A DNA stretch of 64,000 nucleotides, taken from NCBI GenBank assembly GCA_963770975.1, contig CAVYRM010000008.1:79858-143857 (forward strand), given 5' to 3'. Below are positions 41,893-53,075 of the stretch, one piece after another. A program made the position numbers and the translations under genes. Within the stretch, counting starts at the first letter, position 1. Each line of letters begins with the position of its first letter. The notes beneath the pieces are model-generated. The model saw nothing but the letters and a program-made list of their open reading frames with translations, ran no database searches and was not told where the DNA came from. Source of the DNA: an uncultured delta proteobacterium. Its GTDB lineage: Bacteria; Desulfobacterota; Deferrimicrobia; Deferrimicrobiales; Deferrimicrobiaceae.

Positions 41893-43711
41893 ATGGATTT
41901 CCTCCACCCGGACAACCTCCTTCGATTCGGCTACAAGGATTGCGTACTGTGCGAGGTGGACCGCCCGGGGGAGGAGAAACGGTGCAGGAACTGCTCCGGC
42001 CGGCTCGGCCAGCGCGACCGCCTCCTCTGGGAGATCGGCAGGGAAAGGATCCGGCGGACGGCCGGGCGTCTCTCGCTGATCTACCCGGGGGTCGGGCATA
42101 TCTATTCCGGCCGGATCGTCTACGGGATCTTCTGGGCGATCCTCCTTCCCCTGAGCCTCGGCCTCGTCCTCAACGTCTGGTCCGGGATCACCTTCGGGCA
42201 CGGGTTCCTCCTGCTGGAGGCGGGTGCGATCTGGTGGATGGCCTGGGCCGACGCGAGCCGGGGACCGCGGGAGCCGGTGGCACCCTGCGAAGGGGCGTGC
42301 CCCGCCGGTATCCGGGTCCCGGACTACATCGCGCTCGTCCGGACGGGCCGGCCGCTCGAGGCGCTGGCGCTGGTCCACGACAGGCTTCCGTTCGCCGCCT
42401 TCTGCGGCAGGGCCTGCACCCACCCGTGCGAGCAGAAATGCGTCCGGAACGAGTACGGCGCGCCGATCTCCATCATGGCGATCAAGCGGTACGCGGCGGA
42501 CCGGGGATACGCGTCGGGGATCCTTCCGTCGTCGGAAGTGTCGGAAGGGGTTCCCGGACCGAAGGTGGCGGTCGTCGGCGCCGGAGCGTCGGGACTCTCC
42601 GCGGCGAACACGCTCTCCCGGCTCGGGGCCCGCGTCACCGTGTTCGACCCGAACGAGGAGCCCGGCGGGATGATGCGGTACGGCGTGATGGAGTTCCGGT
42701 TCCCCCAGGAGGCGCTGCTCTCGGACGTGAAGTCGATCTTCGCCCGCGGGGTCCACTTCCGCGGCGGAAAGACGTTCGGCAGGGACGCGACCTTTTCCTC
42801 GCTTGCGCGCGAAGGGTTCGACGCCGTGCTGGTCGCCGTCGGCACTCGGGAATCCGTCCGGCTTCCCGGAGCGGGGAGCGGAGGAGCAGGGGTTCCACGA
42901 CGCCTTGTCGTTTCTTTCGCGGATCCGAAAGCGCAGGCCCCCGCACCTGTACGGGCGGGTCGTCGTGATCGGGGGCGGGAACGTCGCGGTCGACGTGGCA
43001 CGCGCCTCCCTCCGCATGGGGGCTTCCGAAGTCACGATCGCCTGCCTCGAGTCCCCGGAGACGATGCCCGCCTTCCCCTGGGAAGTCGAGGACGCGGTCG
43101 CGGAAGGGACGAAGGTCGTCGCGAACACGGCGGTGAAACGATTCCTGATAGGGGACGGGAGGGTATGCGGGTTCGAGGCGCTGAAGGTGGAGCGGATCGA
43201 CTTCGACCCGAAGGGGAGGGTCGTGCCGCAGACGGTTTCCGGAAGCGAATTCGAGGTTTTGGCCGACACGATCGTCATGGCGATCGGCAGCCGGGCCGAT
43301 CTCCCGTTTCTCCCCGACGGCGCGGTACGGAAGGCGGTCGACCCGACGCGTCATGTTTTCCGCTTGCATTTTCCCGGCGGGGAACCTAGAATCGCCGCCT
43401 ATATGTGCGGGGACTGCGTCCGCGGCCCGGGGACGGTGGTGGAAGCCTCCGCCTCGGGGCGGGCGGCGGCATTGAATATCTACGCCGATCTCTGCGTCGA
43501 AGAGGTCGGGAGGGTGCGGTACCGGGACAACTACCGCAGACGCGGGGAACCCCAGGTGACCGACCGGCCCGAGTGGCGGTCCCGCCGCCACGCGGAGCGC
43601 CTTCCTCCCGACGCTCGCCGTGGGAGTTTCGAAGAGGTCGAAAAAAGGTTCACCGATCGCTGTGCGCTGGAGGAATCCGATCGGTGTGCACGGTGCAATC
43701 TCGCGCTGTAA
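41893..43711 (+). CDS. GltD-like NAD(P)H-dependent FAD/Fe-S oxidoreductase with an extra N-terminal zinc-ribbon and two TM helices. One frame change near 42870.
   Basis: The N-terminus is CVLCEVD...CRNCSG, followed by the hydrophobic segments IVYGIFWAILLPLSLGLVL and GFLLLEAGAIWWMAW. The GltD-type core has CEGACPAG...CGRACTHPCEQKC, VAVVGAGASGLSAA, EPGGMMRYGV and VVVIGGGNVAVDVA. The C-terminal part lies in the 42803 frame. Confidence 0.65.
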
Positions 43712-43739
43712 ACCACAAGGGGGAAGGGGGTGAGCAGGA

Positions 43740-44084
43740 ATGAAGAAGTTCGCAACTCTCATGGCGGTCGTGATGGTGGCGGTGTTCTCCGCCGGGGTGC
43801 TGGTTGCCGCCGACGCGCCGGAGAAGATCGTCATCAAGCAGGTGCAGAAGACGAAGCCGCCGGTCACGCTGCAGCACAAGGCCCACGCGGAGCGGATCAA
43901 GAATTGCCAGGCGTGCCATCACAAGGACGCGGCCGGCAAGGAGCAGAATTGCTTCGCATGTCACAAGGCCGAGAAGAAGGGGGACGCGGTCGCCTTCAAG
44001 GACGCAATGCACACCAGGTGCAAGGGTTGCCACACGAAGGAGAAGAAGGGTCCCACGAAGTGCGACGGGTGCCACGCGAAGTAG
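43740..44084 (+). CDS. Periplasmic class III (c3-type) tetraheme cytochrome.
   Basis: It is 114 aa with the signal peptide MKKFATLMAVVMVAVFSAGVLVAA. The 4 CxxCH motifs (CQACH, CFACH, CKGCH, CDGCH) fall within about 70 aa. It is Lys-rich, like c3/c7 proteins. Confidence 0.8.
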   Translation: MKKFATLMAVVMVAVFSAGVLVAADAPEKIVIKQVQKTKPPVTLQHKAHAERIKNCQACHHKDAAGKEQNCFACHKAEKKGDAVAFKDAMHTRCKGCHTKEKKGPTKCDGCHAK

Positions 44085-44114
44085 CACTCGGGCAGGTTGT
44101 TCGATCGCGGTGAA

Positions 44115-44143
44115 AGAGGGCGGGGAGAACCCCGCCCTCTTTC
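44115..44143 (+). terminator. Terminator-like hairpin after the c3 gene.
   Basis: AGAGGGCGGGG-AGAA-CCCCGCCCTCT followed by TT. The T-tail is short. Confidence 0.45.
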
Positions 44144-44229
44144 CGTCCGGTTCCGGCTCTTTTCCGTTTGACGACCGGTTCCTTATTTGGTACACAGTAT
44201 ACATCCCGGATAACTGAAGGTGACCCTGC

Positions 44230-45592
44230 ATGACTGACGAGAAACGTGCTCCATCCCCGATGGACCGGGTATGGAGTTTCTTCATCTCGGTAAGGCTCGC
44301 CATCATCACGCTGATCGTCCTCGCCGTCGCCTCGATCTTCGGCACGATCGTCGAACAGAACCAGCCTCCCGAGAAGTACCACCAGATCTACGAGGACTGG
44401 GCGTTCACCCTGATGGACAAGATCAACCTGTTCGACATGTACCACTCCTGGTGGTTCCTCCTCCTCCTCGTCCTGTTCACCGTGAACCTCTCCTGCTGCA
44501 CGCTCGACCGCTTCCCGAAGGTGCTGAAGGTGGTGCGCAACCCCCGGACGAAGCTGGACGAGAGCCTCGAGAAGACGTTGTCGCTTTCGGACCGGTGGAA
44601 GAAGAAGGGCGCCCTTTCGGAATGGGCGGGGAAGTACGCGGAGGCGCTCTCCGCTTCCTTCGCGAAACCGAAGGTCACCGAGGAGGGAGGCGAGGTGCAC
44701 CTGTACGCGGAAACCGGGGTGGCGTCCCGGTTCGGCGTCTACGTGACGCACCTCTCCATCATCATCATCTTCATCGGAGCGATCATCGGCAACGTCGTCG
44801 GTTTCAAGGGATACGTGAACATCCCGGAAGGGGAGGCGGTCTCCCAGGTCCCCGATCCGGGGAGGGACCCGCGTGCAGGAGCTCGGGTTCACCGTCCGCT
44901 GCAACGCCTTCACCCTCGAGACGTACCCGAGCGGCCAGCCCAAGGCGTACAAGTCCGACCTGAGCGTCATCGAGGGGGGACGGGAGATGGCCCGGAAGAC
45001 GATCGTGGTCAACGACCCGCTCCAGTACAGGGGGATCTGGTTCTACCAGTCGAGCTACGGGCAGGCGGGGGGCGCGACGGCGCAGGTCGTCGTCTCCCGC
45101 AAGGACGGGACCCCCGCGGGCAAGCTCTCCCTCGCGGCCAACGAGGCGGTTCCGATCGACGGATACGGGGTCATCCGCGGCGTGAACTACGAGGACAACT
45201 TCCAGGGACACGGGCCCGCGCTCCAGGTCGTCGTGGAGAAGCCGGGGAAGCCCGCCTCCTCCTTCTGGATCTTCCGGGGGCGCCCCGACATCGACCGGGA
45301 CCGGGGCGACTCGCTTGTGTTCTCCTTCGAAGGCCTGAGTTCGAAGATGTTCACCGGGCTCCAGGTGGCGAAGGACCCGGGGGTGAACATCGTCTGGCTC
45401 GGGTGCGCGCTGATGGTGATCGGGATCATCATCGCGTTCTTCCTCTCGCACCAGCGCGTGTGGATCCGGCTGGCCCAGGGTACGGACGGACGCGTCGAGG
45501 TCGTCCTGGCCGCCTCCGCGAGCAGGAACCGGCTTGCCTTCGAGAATAAATTTGAGAGAATACAGACCGGAATCAAGGCGGTGGGTCAATGA
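44230..45592 (+). CDS. resB: System II cytochrome c biogenesis protein ResB/Ccs1, with one frame change at the C-run near 44850.
   Basis: MDRVWSFFISVRLAIITLIVLAVASIFGTIVEQN...WWFLLLLVLFTVNLSCCTLDRF...GFKGYVNIPEG, then (in the 44873 frame) ELGFTVRCNAFTLETYPSG...IVVNDPLQYRGIWFYQSSYG...LQVAKDPGVNIVWLGCALMVIG. Confidence 0.85.
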
Positions 45593-46428
45593 GCAACGTC
45601 ATCCTGTTCAACCTCACCACGGTGCTCTTCGGCGTGGCGTCCGCCCTTTACCTCGGCGCCCTCTACGCGAAGAACGACAGGATCTCCGTGTTCGGCACCT
45701 GGGTCTGCATCCTCGCCGCGGTCGTCTCCACCGCGGCGCTCGGGGTTCGCTGGTACGAATCGTACCAGATGGGGATCGGGCGAATACCCGTCACGAACCT
45801 CTACGAGTCGCTCGTCTTCTTCGCATGGTCGGTGAACCTGTTCTACCTGGTCGTGGAGTGGAAGTACCGAACCGCACCTTCGGCGCCTTCGTGATGCCGA
45901 TCGCCTTCGTCACGATGGTGTTCGCCGTCTATAACGACAGCAGCATCCAGCCGCTGGTGCCCGCGCTGCAGTCGTACTGGCTCCACGCCCACGTCATCAC
46001 CTGCTTCGTCGGGTACGCGGCGTTCGCCGTCTCCGCCGGGGTGGCGCTCATGTACCTGCTCAAGGCCCGCCAGGAGGAGGCGAAGATCTCGGAAGGGCGT
46101 CGTCGGCCTGCTCCCCGCGTGCAAGATGCTCGACGACCTGGTCTACCGGTCGATCATCTGGGGGTTCCCGTTCCTGACCGCCGGGATCATCACCGGCGCG
46201 GCGTGGGCGAACTACGCCTGGGGAACGTACTGGTCGTGGGACCCGAAGGAGACCTGGTCCCTCATCGTGTGGCTCGTCTACGCGGCGTTCCTCCACGCGC
46301 GGATCACGCGCGGGTGGCACGGCAAGCGCGCCGCCATCCTCTCGATCGTCGGGTTCCTGGCCACGATCATGTGCTACCTCGGCGTCAACCTGGTGCTCTC
46401 CGGCCTCCATTCCTACGGAGGGGGTTGA
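45589..46428 (+). CDS. ccsA: System II cytochrome c biogenesis protein CcsA/ResC (heme exporter/lyase), with two frame changes.
   Basis: [13 protein letters not shown]..., then [10 protein letters not shown]...[23 protein letters not shown], then the WWD-type motif [28 protein letters not shown]. Its start overlaps the resB stop (ATGA). Confidence 0.85.
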
Positions 46429-46486
46429 TGCGTCCTTTTCGAATCGCTTTCTGAATCCACATCTGCAGCAGCAGGGAGGAGTCGGC

Positions 46487-47789
46487 ATGCGAAAATTCTG
46501 GACGGTCCTCGGCACGACGCTCTGTTCGGTTGCATTGTCCGCGCTGTTCGTCGGGGTTTCGACGGCGGCGGACACCTGCGTATCGGCCAAGTGCCATGCG
46601 CAGATGGGGAAGGCGCAGTACGTCCACGGCCCGGTCGGCGTGGGGCAGTGCACCGTCTGCCACGTGGAGGCGAAGAAGGGGCACCCCACCGGAAAGAAAC
46701 CCGACTTCAAGCTGGTGGCGACGGGGAAGGCCCTCTGCGAGAAGTGCCACCAGCCGGTGGACAAGTTCGAGTACAAGCACACCCCGGTGAAGAAGGGCGA
46801 TTGCATCGGCTGCCACGACGCGCACCAGTCCGACGCCCCCGAAGCAGCTGAAGAAGAAGAAGACCTCGGAACTTTGCTTCTCCTGCCACAAGAACACCCA
46901 GCAGGTGAAGAAGTTCCAGCACGGCCCGGTCGCCTCCGGGGATTGCAACGTCTGCCACAACCCGCACTCCTCCCCGAACCCGCACCAGCTCGAGGCCAAG
47001 GGGAACGACGTCTGCTTCCTGTGCCACGAGGACCGCAAGGCCGAGTTCACCCGGAAATACCCGCACAAGCCCGCGATGGAGTCGTGCCTCAAGTGCCACG
47101 ACGCGCACAACTCGGACTCACCCGTTCATGCAGACGAAAGAGGGTACGGCCCTGTGCCTCTCGTGCCACAAGAAGATGGACGACCACCTCAAGGGCTCGC
47201 GACGGTTCGCCACGGGGCGCTCGACAAGGGGACGTGCACCACGTGCCACACGCCGCACTCCTCCGACTTCCCGCGGCAGCTCAAGGCGGGCACCAAGGAC
47301 ATCTGCTACACTGCCACAAGGAGATGGGAGCCACGGTGCGGGCGGCGAAGAACCTCCACGGACCGGTGCAGCAGAACGACTGCTACGCCTGCCACGACTC
47401 GCACGGCAGCGAGAACCCGCCAGATCCTCAAGAAGTACTTCCCGAAGGAGTTCTACAAGCCGTACGCCACCGAGAGCTACGCCCTCTGCTTCGACTGCCA
47501 CAACAAGGACATCGCCCTCGACAAGATCACGACGAAGCTGACCAACTTCCGCAACGGCGACGTGAACATGCACTTCCTCCACGTGAACAAGGAGAAGGGG
47601 CGGTCGTGCAAGGCGTGCCACGAGGTCCACGCGGGGAGCCAGGAGAAGCATATCCGCAAGGAGGTGCCGTTCGGCGGGAGCTGGAAGCTGCCGGTCAACT
47701 TCACCAAGACGTCGAACGGCGGGACGTGCGTGGTCGGGTGCCACAAGCCCAAGACCTACGACCGCGTCAATCCGGTGAAGTACGAGTAG
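46487..47789 (+). CDS. Multiheme c-type cytochrome with about 13 CxxCH motifs plus CX4CH and CX3CH variants. At least five frame changes.
   Basis: The signal peptide is MRKFWTVLGTTLCSVALSALFVGVSTA. The motifs I read are CVSAKCH, CTVCH, CEKCH, CIGCH, CFSCH, CNVCH, CFLCH, CLKCH, CLSCH, CTTCH, an interrupted ICY.CH, CYACH, CFDCH, CKACH and CVVGCH. The sense alternates among the ORFs at 46487, 46905 and 47128 and unlisted segments. Confidence 0.7.
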
Positions 47790-47801
47790 GAGGCGGTGGC
47801 G

Positions 47802-48813
47802 ATGGCGCAGACGCACCCTTCGCGGTTCCATCGTCCTGTTCACGGCGCTCACGGCGATCTTCCTCTCCACCGTGCCGGGGGGCGCATCGGCGTTCCGCAA
47901 CATGAAGGAGGGGAGCCCCGCGCTCCCCTTCGCCCTCAAGGATTTCGAGGGGAAGGACGTCGAGTGGAAACCCGATTCCGGGAAGGTGACGGTTCTCTCC
48001 TTCGTCAAGCTCTCCCAGGAGCGGTCGATGGACCAGTTGAAGGACCTCGTCGCGCTCCACAAGGAGCTCTCCGGGAAGGGGATCGACTTCCTCGTCGTCG
48101 CCTCCTACGGGGACACGGCCGCCGAGGCGAAGAAGGCGATCTCGGAGCTCGGGATCGCCTTCCCGATCCTGCACGACAAGGACCAGAAGGTGTACGGCGA
48201 CTACGGCCTCTTCATCCTGCCCGCCACGGGGATCATCGGAAAGGACGGGAAGTTCGCCTTCGAGCACGGGAGCCACGGGCGCGATTTCCGGGACGTGGTC
48301 GGCGGAAAGGCGAAGGTCCTCGCCGGGCTGATGACGGAGGAGGAGTACAAGAAGCTCGTCACCCCGGTGGAATCCGTGAAGAAGAGCAAGGAGGAGGGGG
48401 AGGCGGACCGGCTCATCTCCCTCGGCCGCACGCTCCTCAAGCGCGGAATGCCCGACAAGGCGGCGGAGAAGTTCGCAAAGGCGGTGGAACTCGATCCGAA
48501 GAACCTGGTCGCCCTCCTCGCCTACGGGGAGTCGCTGGTCGCTTCGAAGAAGCTCGACGAGGCGCTCGTCCAGTTCACCAAGGCGAAGGAGATCGCACCG
48601 TCCAGCAAGGAGGCGGCGCTCGGGATCGGCACCGTCCACCTCGAGAAAGGGGAGGTCGACAAGGCGATCCAGGAGATCTCCGACGCGGCGATGCTGAACC
48701 CGAAGCCCGAGAAGGCGTACTTCTGGCTGGGGGCCGCCTACGAGAAGAAGGGCGATCTTCCGAACGCGGTGAAGTATTACAAGAAGGCGGTCGAGAAGAT
48801 CATCAAGGAGTAG
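47802..48813 (+). CDS. Secreted thioredoxin-fold (redoxin) plus TPR fusion that lacks the CxxC active site. One probable frame change sits just after the start codon.
   Basis: The signal peptide is RRRTLRGSIVLFTALTAIFLSTVPGGASA. In the redoxin-like segment ALPFALKDFEGKDV...VLSFVKLSQERSMDQL...GIAFPILHDKD...LPATGIIGKDG, the usual W-C-x-x-C position reads LSQERS. The C-terminal TPR repeats are AAEKFAKAVELDPKN and YFWLGAAYEKKGDLPNAVKYYKKA. Confidence 0.6.
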
Positions 48814-48828
48814 GCGAAAGGTGCCGCG

Positions 48829-49295
48829 ATGAAAAGGTCGCTTCGGGGGGCGCGTTCCCCGAAGGCTGCGATGTTCGTCTTGCTGGCGGGGTGGATCCTC
48901 CACCCCGCCTTTCCCGTTTTCGGCGCCCCCCCGGTGTTCGACAAACCCGGTTACATCTATCATCCCGGACGTGAAGAAGTGCGCGGCGTGCCACCCGAAA
49001 GACCGGAAGGGGTATTCCGTCGCGCGTCCCGTCGACGCGTTGTGCTACCGGTGCCACATAGCGGAAAGACGCGAAAAAGTACGTCCACGGACCGCTGGGG
49101 AGCGGGGAGTGCACGTCGTGCCACGATCCGCACGGTTCGCCGAACCGTGCGCTCGCGGTCGCTTCCCCGGAGGTCCTCTGCCCGACGTGCCACGACCAGG
49201 CGAGCTCCAGGAGGCACATGAAGCAATCCCGGGGGAAGGGGTGCGTCGCCTGCCACGACCCCCACTCGTCCGAAAAGAATTTCCTGTTAAAGTGA
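48829..49295 (+). CDS. Small secreted pentaheme c-type cytochrome, with two frame changes.
   Basis: The signal-like N-terminus is FVLLAGWILHPAFPVFGA. The motifs are CAACH, CYRCH, CTSCH, CPTCH and CVACH. It ends in DPHSSEKNFLLK (stop 49293-49295). Confidence 0.6.
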
Positions 49296-49331
49296 CGATG
49301 ACCGAGGCGGCGGGTCGACTCGAGGGGAGCG

Positions 49332-50468
49332 ATGCGCGGGAGGGGGGCGTTCGGAAAGATCGCGGCGGTCCTCTTCGTTTTCGCCCTGGGGCTCTACGCC
49401 TCCCCGAAGGCGGCGGCCGCGTTCAAGAACGTCCAGACCGGGGCGGAAGCCCCGGCGTTCAAGCTGGCGGATCTCTCCGGGAACGAGGTCTCCCTCGAAA
49501 CGTTCAAGGGGGACAACGCCGTGATCCTCGTCTTCTGGGCCACCTGGAGCGGGCGCTCCCTCGACGAGCTCCGGGACGTCCAGAAACTCGTCGCCGAGTA
49601 CGGGCCGAAGGGGCTGAAGGCCGTCGCCGTCAACGTGGAACACGAACACACGACCGAGCGACGACCTGCGGATGATCCGGAGAAGGCCGCCTCCCTCAAC
49701 CTCACCTTCCCCGTGCTGCTCGACAAGGGGCTGGACACCTTCCGCAACTACGGCGTGGTGGCGGTTCCCTCCACCGGAACGCTCGGACGCGGGAACGTCC
49801 TCCGCGACGCCTTCAACGGGTACCCCTCTTTCGTCTTCCTCGAGCTGAAGTCGCAGGTCGAGACGCTGCTCGGCATGAAGCCGGTGGAAACCGCCGTCGC
49901 CGCGAAGGCCGACACCTCCCACAAGCCGACCCGCCCGGCGCTGCTCAACTACAACCTGGGCCGGCGGCTCTACGCGTTCGGCATGGCCGACAAGGCCGAA
50001 CCGAAGCTGCGGGCCGCGGCCGCGGCCGACCCGGCGTGGGCGGCGCCCAACGTCCTGCTGGGCGAGGTGCTCCTCTCCCGGTCGAAGAAGGATCCGGGCG
50101 AAGATCGCGGAGGCGAAGAAGGCGTTCGAGTCCGCCGTCGCGTCGGAGGAGGGGAACGTGGTGGCGCGCACCGGATTGGCCCGCGTATACTGGTCCTCCG
50201 GCCAGGCGGCCGACGCGGAGCGGGAGATCGACGCGGCGCTCAAGAGGAACGGGACGTACACGCCGGCCCTCCTGCTCAAGGCCGGCATCCTCGCCCGGAA
50301 GGGGGACGCTCCCCGGTGCGGAAAAGATGATCCGCGAGGCGATCGAGCTGAACGCGCGCGATCCGTCAGACCTACGCGCTCGCCGGCCGGGCCTACGAGG
50401 AGGGGAAGGATCTCGCGAAGGCCGCGGCGATGTACCGCAAGGCGTGGGAACTGAACGGGGAGCACTGA
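49332..50468 (+). CDS. Secreted thioredoxin-fold plus TPR fusion in which both active-site Cys are replaced by Ser (WSGRS). About three frame changes lie in the TPR part.
   Basis: The signal peptide is AAVLFVFALGLYASPKAAAA. The redoxin core APAFKLADLSGNEVSLETFKGDNAVILVFWATWSGRSLDEL...LTFPVLLDKG...VVAVPST reads SGRS where CxxC is expected. The TPR part is LLNYNLGRRLYAFGMADKAE..., VARTGLARVYWSSGQAADAE and ALAGRAYEEGKDLAKAAAMYRKA. Confidence 0.6.
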
Positions 50469-50610
50469 TGCAGCGGGTGCGCCGCCTTCATCGTGACGGC
50501 GGTTTCGGCGGCGTCGATCCTGGCGTACGGCATCTTCCGCGAGGAGATCGGCGAGGTGATGTTCAACGCCGCGATGCTTTGACTGTCGTGCATCGGGGTC
50601 GGGTGACTCC

Positions 50611-51476
50611 TTGGGATACCTGAAGCGCCGGATCTTCCAGGGGATGGGGGCCGTCCTCCCGAACTCCTACGTCCAGGGGTTCCTGACCGCGTCCCTCTAC
50701 CAGGGATCGCTCAAAAGCGTCTGCTCCCCGCTGCTCAACTGCTACGCCTGCCCGTCCGCCCTCTTCTCCTGCCCCATCGGCACGCTCCAGCACTTCATGG
50801 TGACCGGGAACGTCCCGTATTACGGCCTGGGGACCCTCTCCGTGGTCGGCGCCACGGTGGGGCGGATGACGTGCGGGACGCTGTGCCCCTTCGGTTTCCT
50901 GCAGGATCTCCTCTACAAGTTCCGGGCGTGGAAAGTCTCCATCCCCGTCTGGACGCGGTATTTCCGCTACGCGGTCCTGGTCGGGCTCGTCTTCCTCATC
51001 CCGTACCTCACCCACGAGAACTGGTTCTCGAAGCTGTGCCCGATGGGGACGCTGATCGGCGGCCTGCCGTGGGTCACCCTGAACGCCGAACGTCCGCTCG
51101 ATGATCCGCGCGCTGTTCTGGGTCAAGATCGCGATCCTGCTCTTCTTCGTCACCACCTCCACGATGGTGAAGCGCCCGTTCTGCCGCGCCGTCTGCCCGC
51201 TGGGGGCGATCTTCTCCCTGTTCAACAAGTCGAGCTTCCTGCAGCTCGCGTGGAACCCCGACACCTGCACGAAGTGCGGGAAGTGCCAGAAGATCTGCCC
51301 GGTGGACATCCGCCCCGACCGGAACCCGACGAACCCGGACTGCCTGCGGTGCCTCGACTGCACCCGGTGCCCGAGCCTCAAGCTCACCACGGTGTTCCAC
51401 CGGCGCCGTTCGACGCTCCCCGGTATCCCGCCGGTCGAGGCCACCGGGGCGGGCTACCGCAAGATCCGCCGCCTGA
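50611..51476 (+). CDS. NapH/MauN/NosR-type membrane polyferredoxin (4Fe-4S binding). At least two frame changes; the 3' end is uncertain.
   Basis: It has the CX3CP-type motifs LNCYACPSALFSCPIGTLQ, CGTLCPFGFLQD and FCRAVCPLGAIF, then the ferredoxin motifs CTKCGKCQKICP and CLRCLDCTRCP. A TGA at 51474-51476 in a third frame overlaps ATG 51476 (TGATG). That suggests a separate downstream kinase gene. Confidence 0.55.
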
Positions 51477-53003
51477 TGCTGCGGGCGGGTCCGGGCTCTC
51501 CGTTGCGGTTTCTGCCGAGCTCCCTCTTCTACAGGATGTCGCTCACCATCGGCGTCGTGCTGGTGGTCGTCTTCGGGATCTCTTCCTACCTCACCTACCG
51601 GATCCAGTCGGAACAGGCGTTGACCGCCACCAAGACCCAGGCGATCCTGCTCACCCGCGGCTTGAAGAACACGATCCGGATCGGCATGGAGTCCGGCCAC
51701 ACGGAGTCGCTCGCGTCGATCTTCCAGACGGTCGGCGCCTTGCCCGGCGTGGAGAAGCTGCGGGTCTTCAACGAGGAGGGGAAGATCCGGTACTCCGCGA
51801 AACCGGCCGAGGTCGGGCCACCTGACCGACGAGCTCGACTACACGGTGTACCGCAGCCCCGAGCGGAGCACGCCGTTCCAGAGCGAGGTGACCGGCCACC
51901 GGTCCTTCTGCATGGTGGAGCCGATCGAGAACGACGCGAAGTGCCGACGGTGCCACCCGAAGGAGATCGAGGTGCTCGGCGTGCTCGACGTCTGCCTCTC
52001 GATGGAGGACACGGAGAAGAGCATCGCGTTCAACCGCCTCCTCCTCCTCTCCTCCACCGGTCTCGCGCTGATCCTGACGTCGGGAATCATCAGCGTCCTC
52101 CTCAAGCGGTTCGTCTCCCGGCCGGTGGAACGTCTCGTGAAGACGATGGAGTCGGTGGAGGCCGGGAAGCTCGACGGCCGGGTGGACATCCGCAGCGGGG
52201 ACGAGCTGGGGCGCCTCGGGAACAGCTTCAACGAGATGATCCGGAAGCTTGTCGGATGCGCAGGACGAGCTCGAGAAGTTCCACCACAGGCAACTGGCGC
52301 GCGCCGACCGGCTGGCGTCCCTCGGCGAGATGGCGGCGGGGATCGCCCACGAGATCAAGAACCCGCTGGCCGGGATCTACGGCGCCGCCCAGGTCCTCGT
52401 CGACGAATTCCCGGAGGGGGACCCGAAGCGGGAGATCGTCGGGGAGATGATGGTCCTCCTGAAGCGCCTGGACAACACGATCAGGGACCTGCTGAACTTC
52501 GCGCGCTACACGGAGCCGCAATTCACGAAGGGGAACCTGAACGACGTGATCGACAAGGTCCTGTTCCTCGTCCAGCAGATCCCCGAGGGGAAGCGGGCGC
52601 GGATCGTCCGGGAGTTCGACCCCGGGATGCCGGAGATCGAGATGGACCAGGAGCAGGTGAAGCAGGTCTTCCTGAACCTGGCGCTCAACGCCCTCCAGGC
52701 GCGCCCCGACGGGGTGACGCTCACCATCCGCACGCGGGGAGACGTCCCCGCCGAGGGGGGCGACGGTGCGGCACCGCGCCCGCTACGTGATGGCGTCGGT
52801 GTCCGACGACGGCCCGGGGATCCCGCCGGACAAGCTGGGGAAGATCTTCCAGCCGTTCTTCACGACGAAGGAGAACGGCACGGGCCTCGGGCTCTCGATG
52901 ACCCGGAAGATCCTCGACCTGCACGAGGGAAGGATCACGGCGGAGAGCGAGGCCGGGAGGCGGCGCGACCTTCACCGTGTTCCTGCCGAAGGTGAAGCCG
53001 TGA
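51476..53003 (+). CDS. Sensor histidine kinase whose periplasmic domain carries a CxxCH heme-c motif (2TM, HAMP, HisKA, HATPase). About four frame changes.
   Basis: TM1 is [19 protein letters not shown]. The periplasmic segment ends in [31 protein letters not shown]2 is [22 protein letters not shown]. The HAMP segment is [41 protein letters not shown]. The H-box is [15 protein letters not shown], the N-box [10 protein letters not shown], and the G-boxes DDGPGI and GTGLGLS. The stop is at 53001-53003. Confidence 0.7.
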
Positions 53004-53075
53004 GATCCGGCTACGCCGATACCCGTTTACAATTTCCGGCGGACAGCTCCTTCCGGATCGGATATAATCGGGGCC

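Noticed and set aside
51101-53003. A single fused NapH-polyferredoxin/histidine-kinase protein, as suggested by the continuous 51101-52450 ORF.
   Set aside because: A TGA in a neighbouring frame overlaps an ATG at 51476 (TGATG), and the region is riddled with frame changes. Two coupled genes are the more conservative reading. A fusion cannot be excluded without corrected sequence.
53026-53068. TTTACA ... TATAAT upstream of the sigma-54 regulator gene, considered as a sigma-70 promoter.
   Set aside because: The spacer between the two hexamers is 31 nt, far from the 16-19 nt needed. The TATAAT also lies only 8 nt from the start codon.
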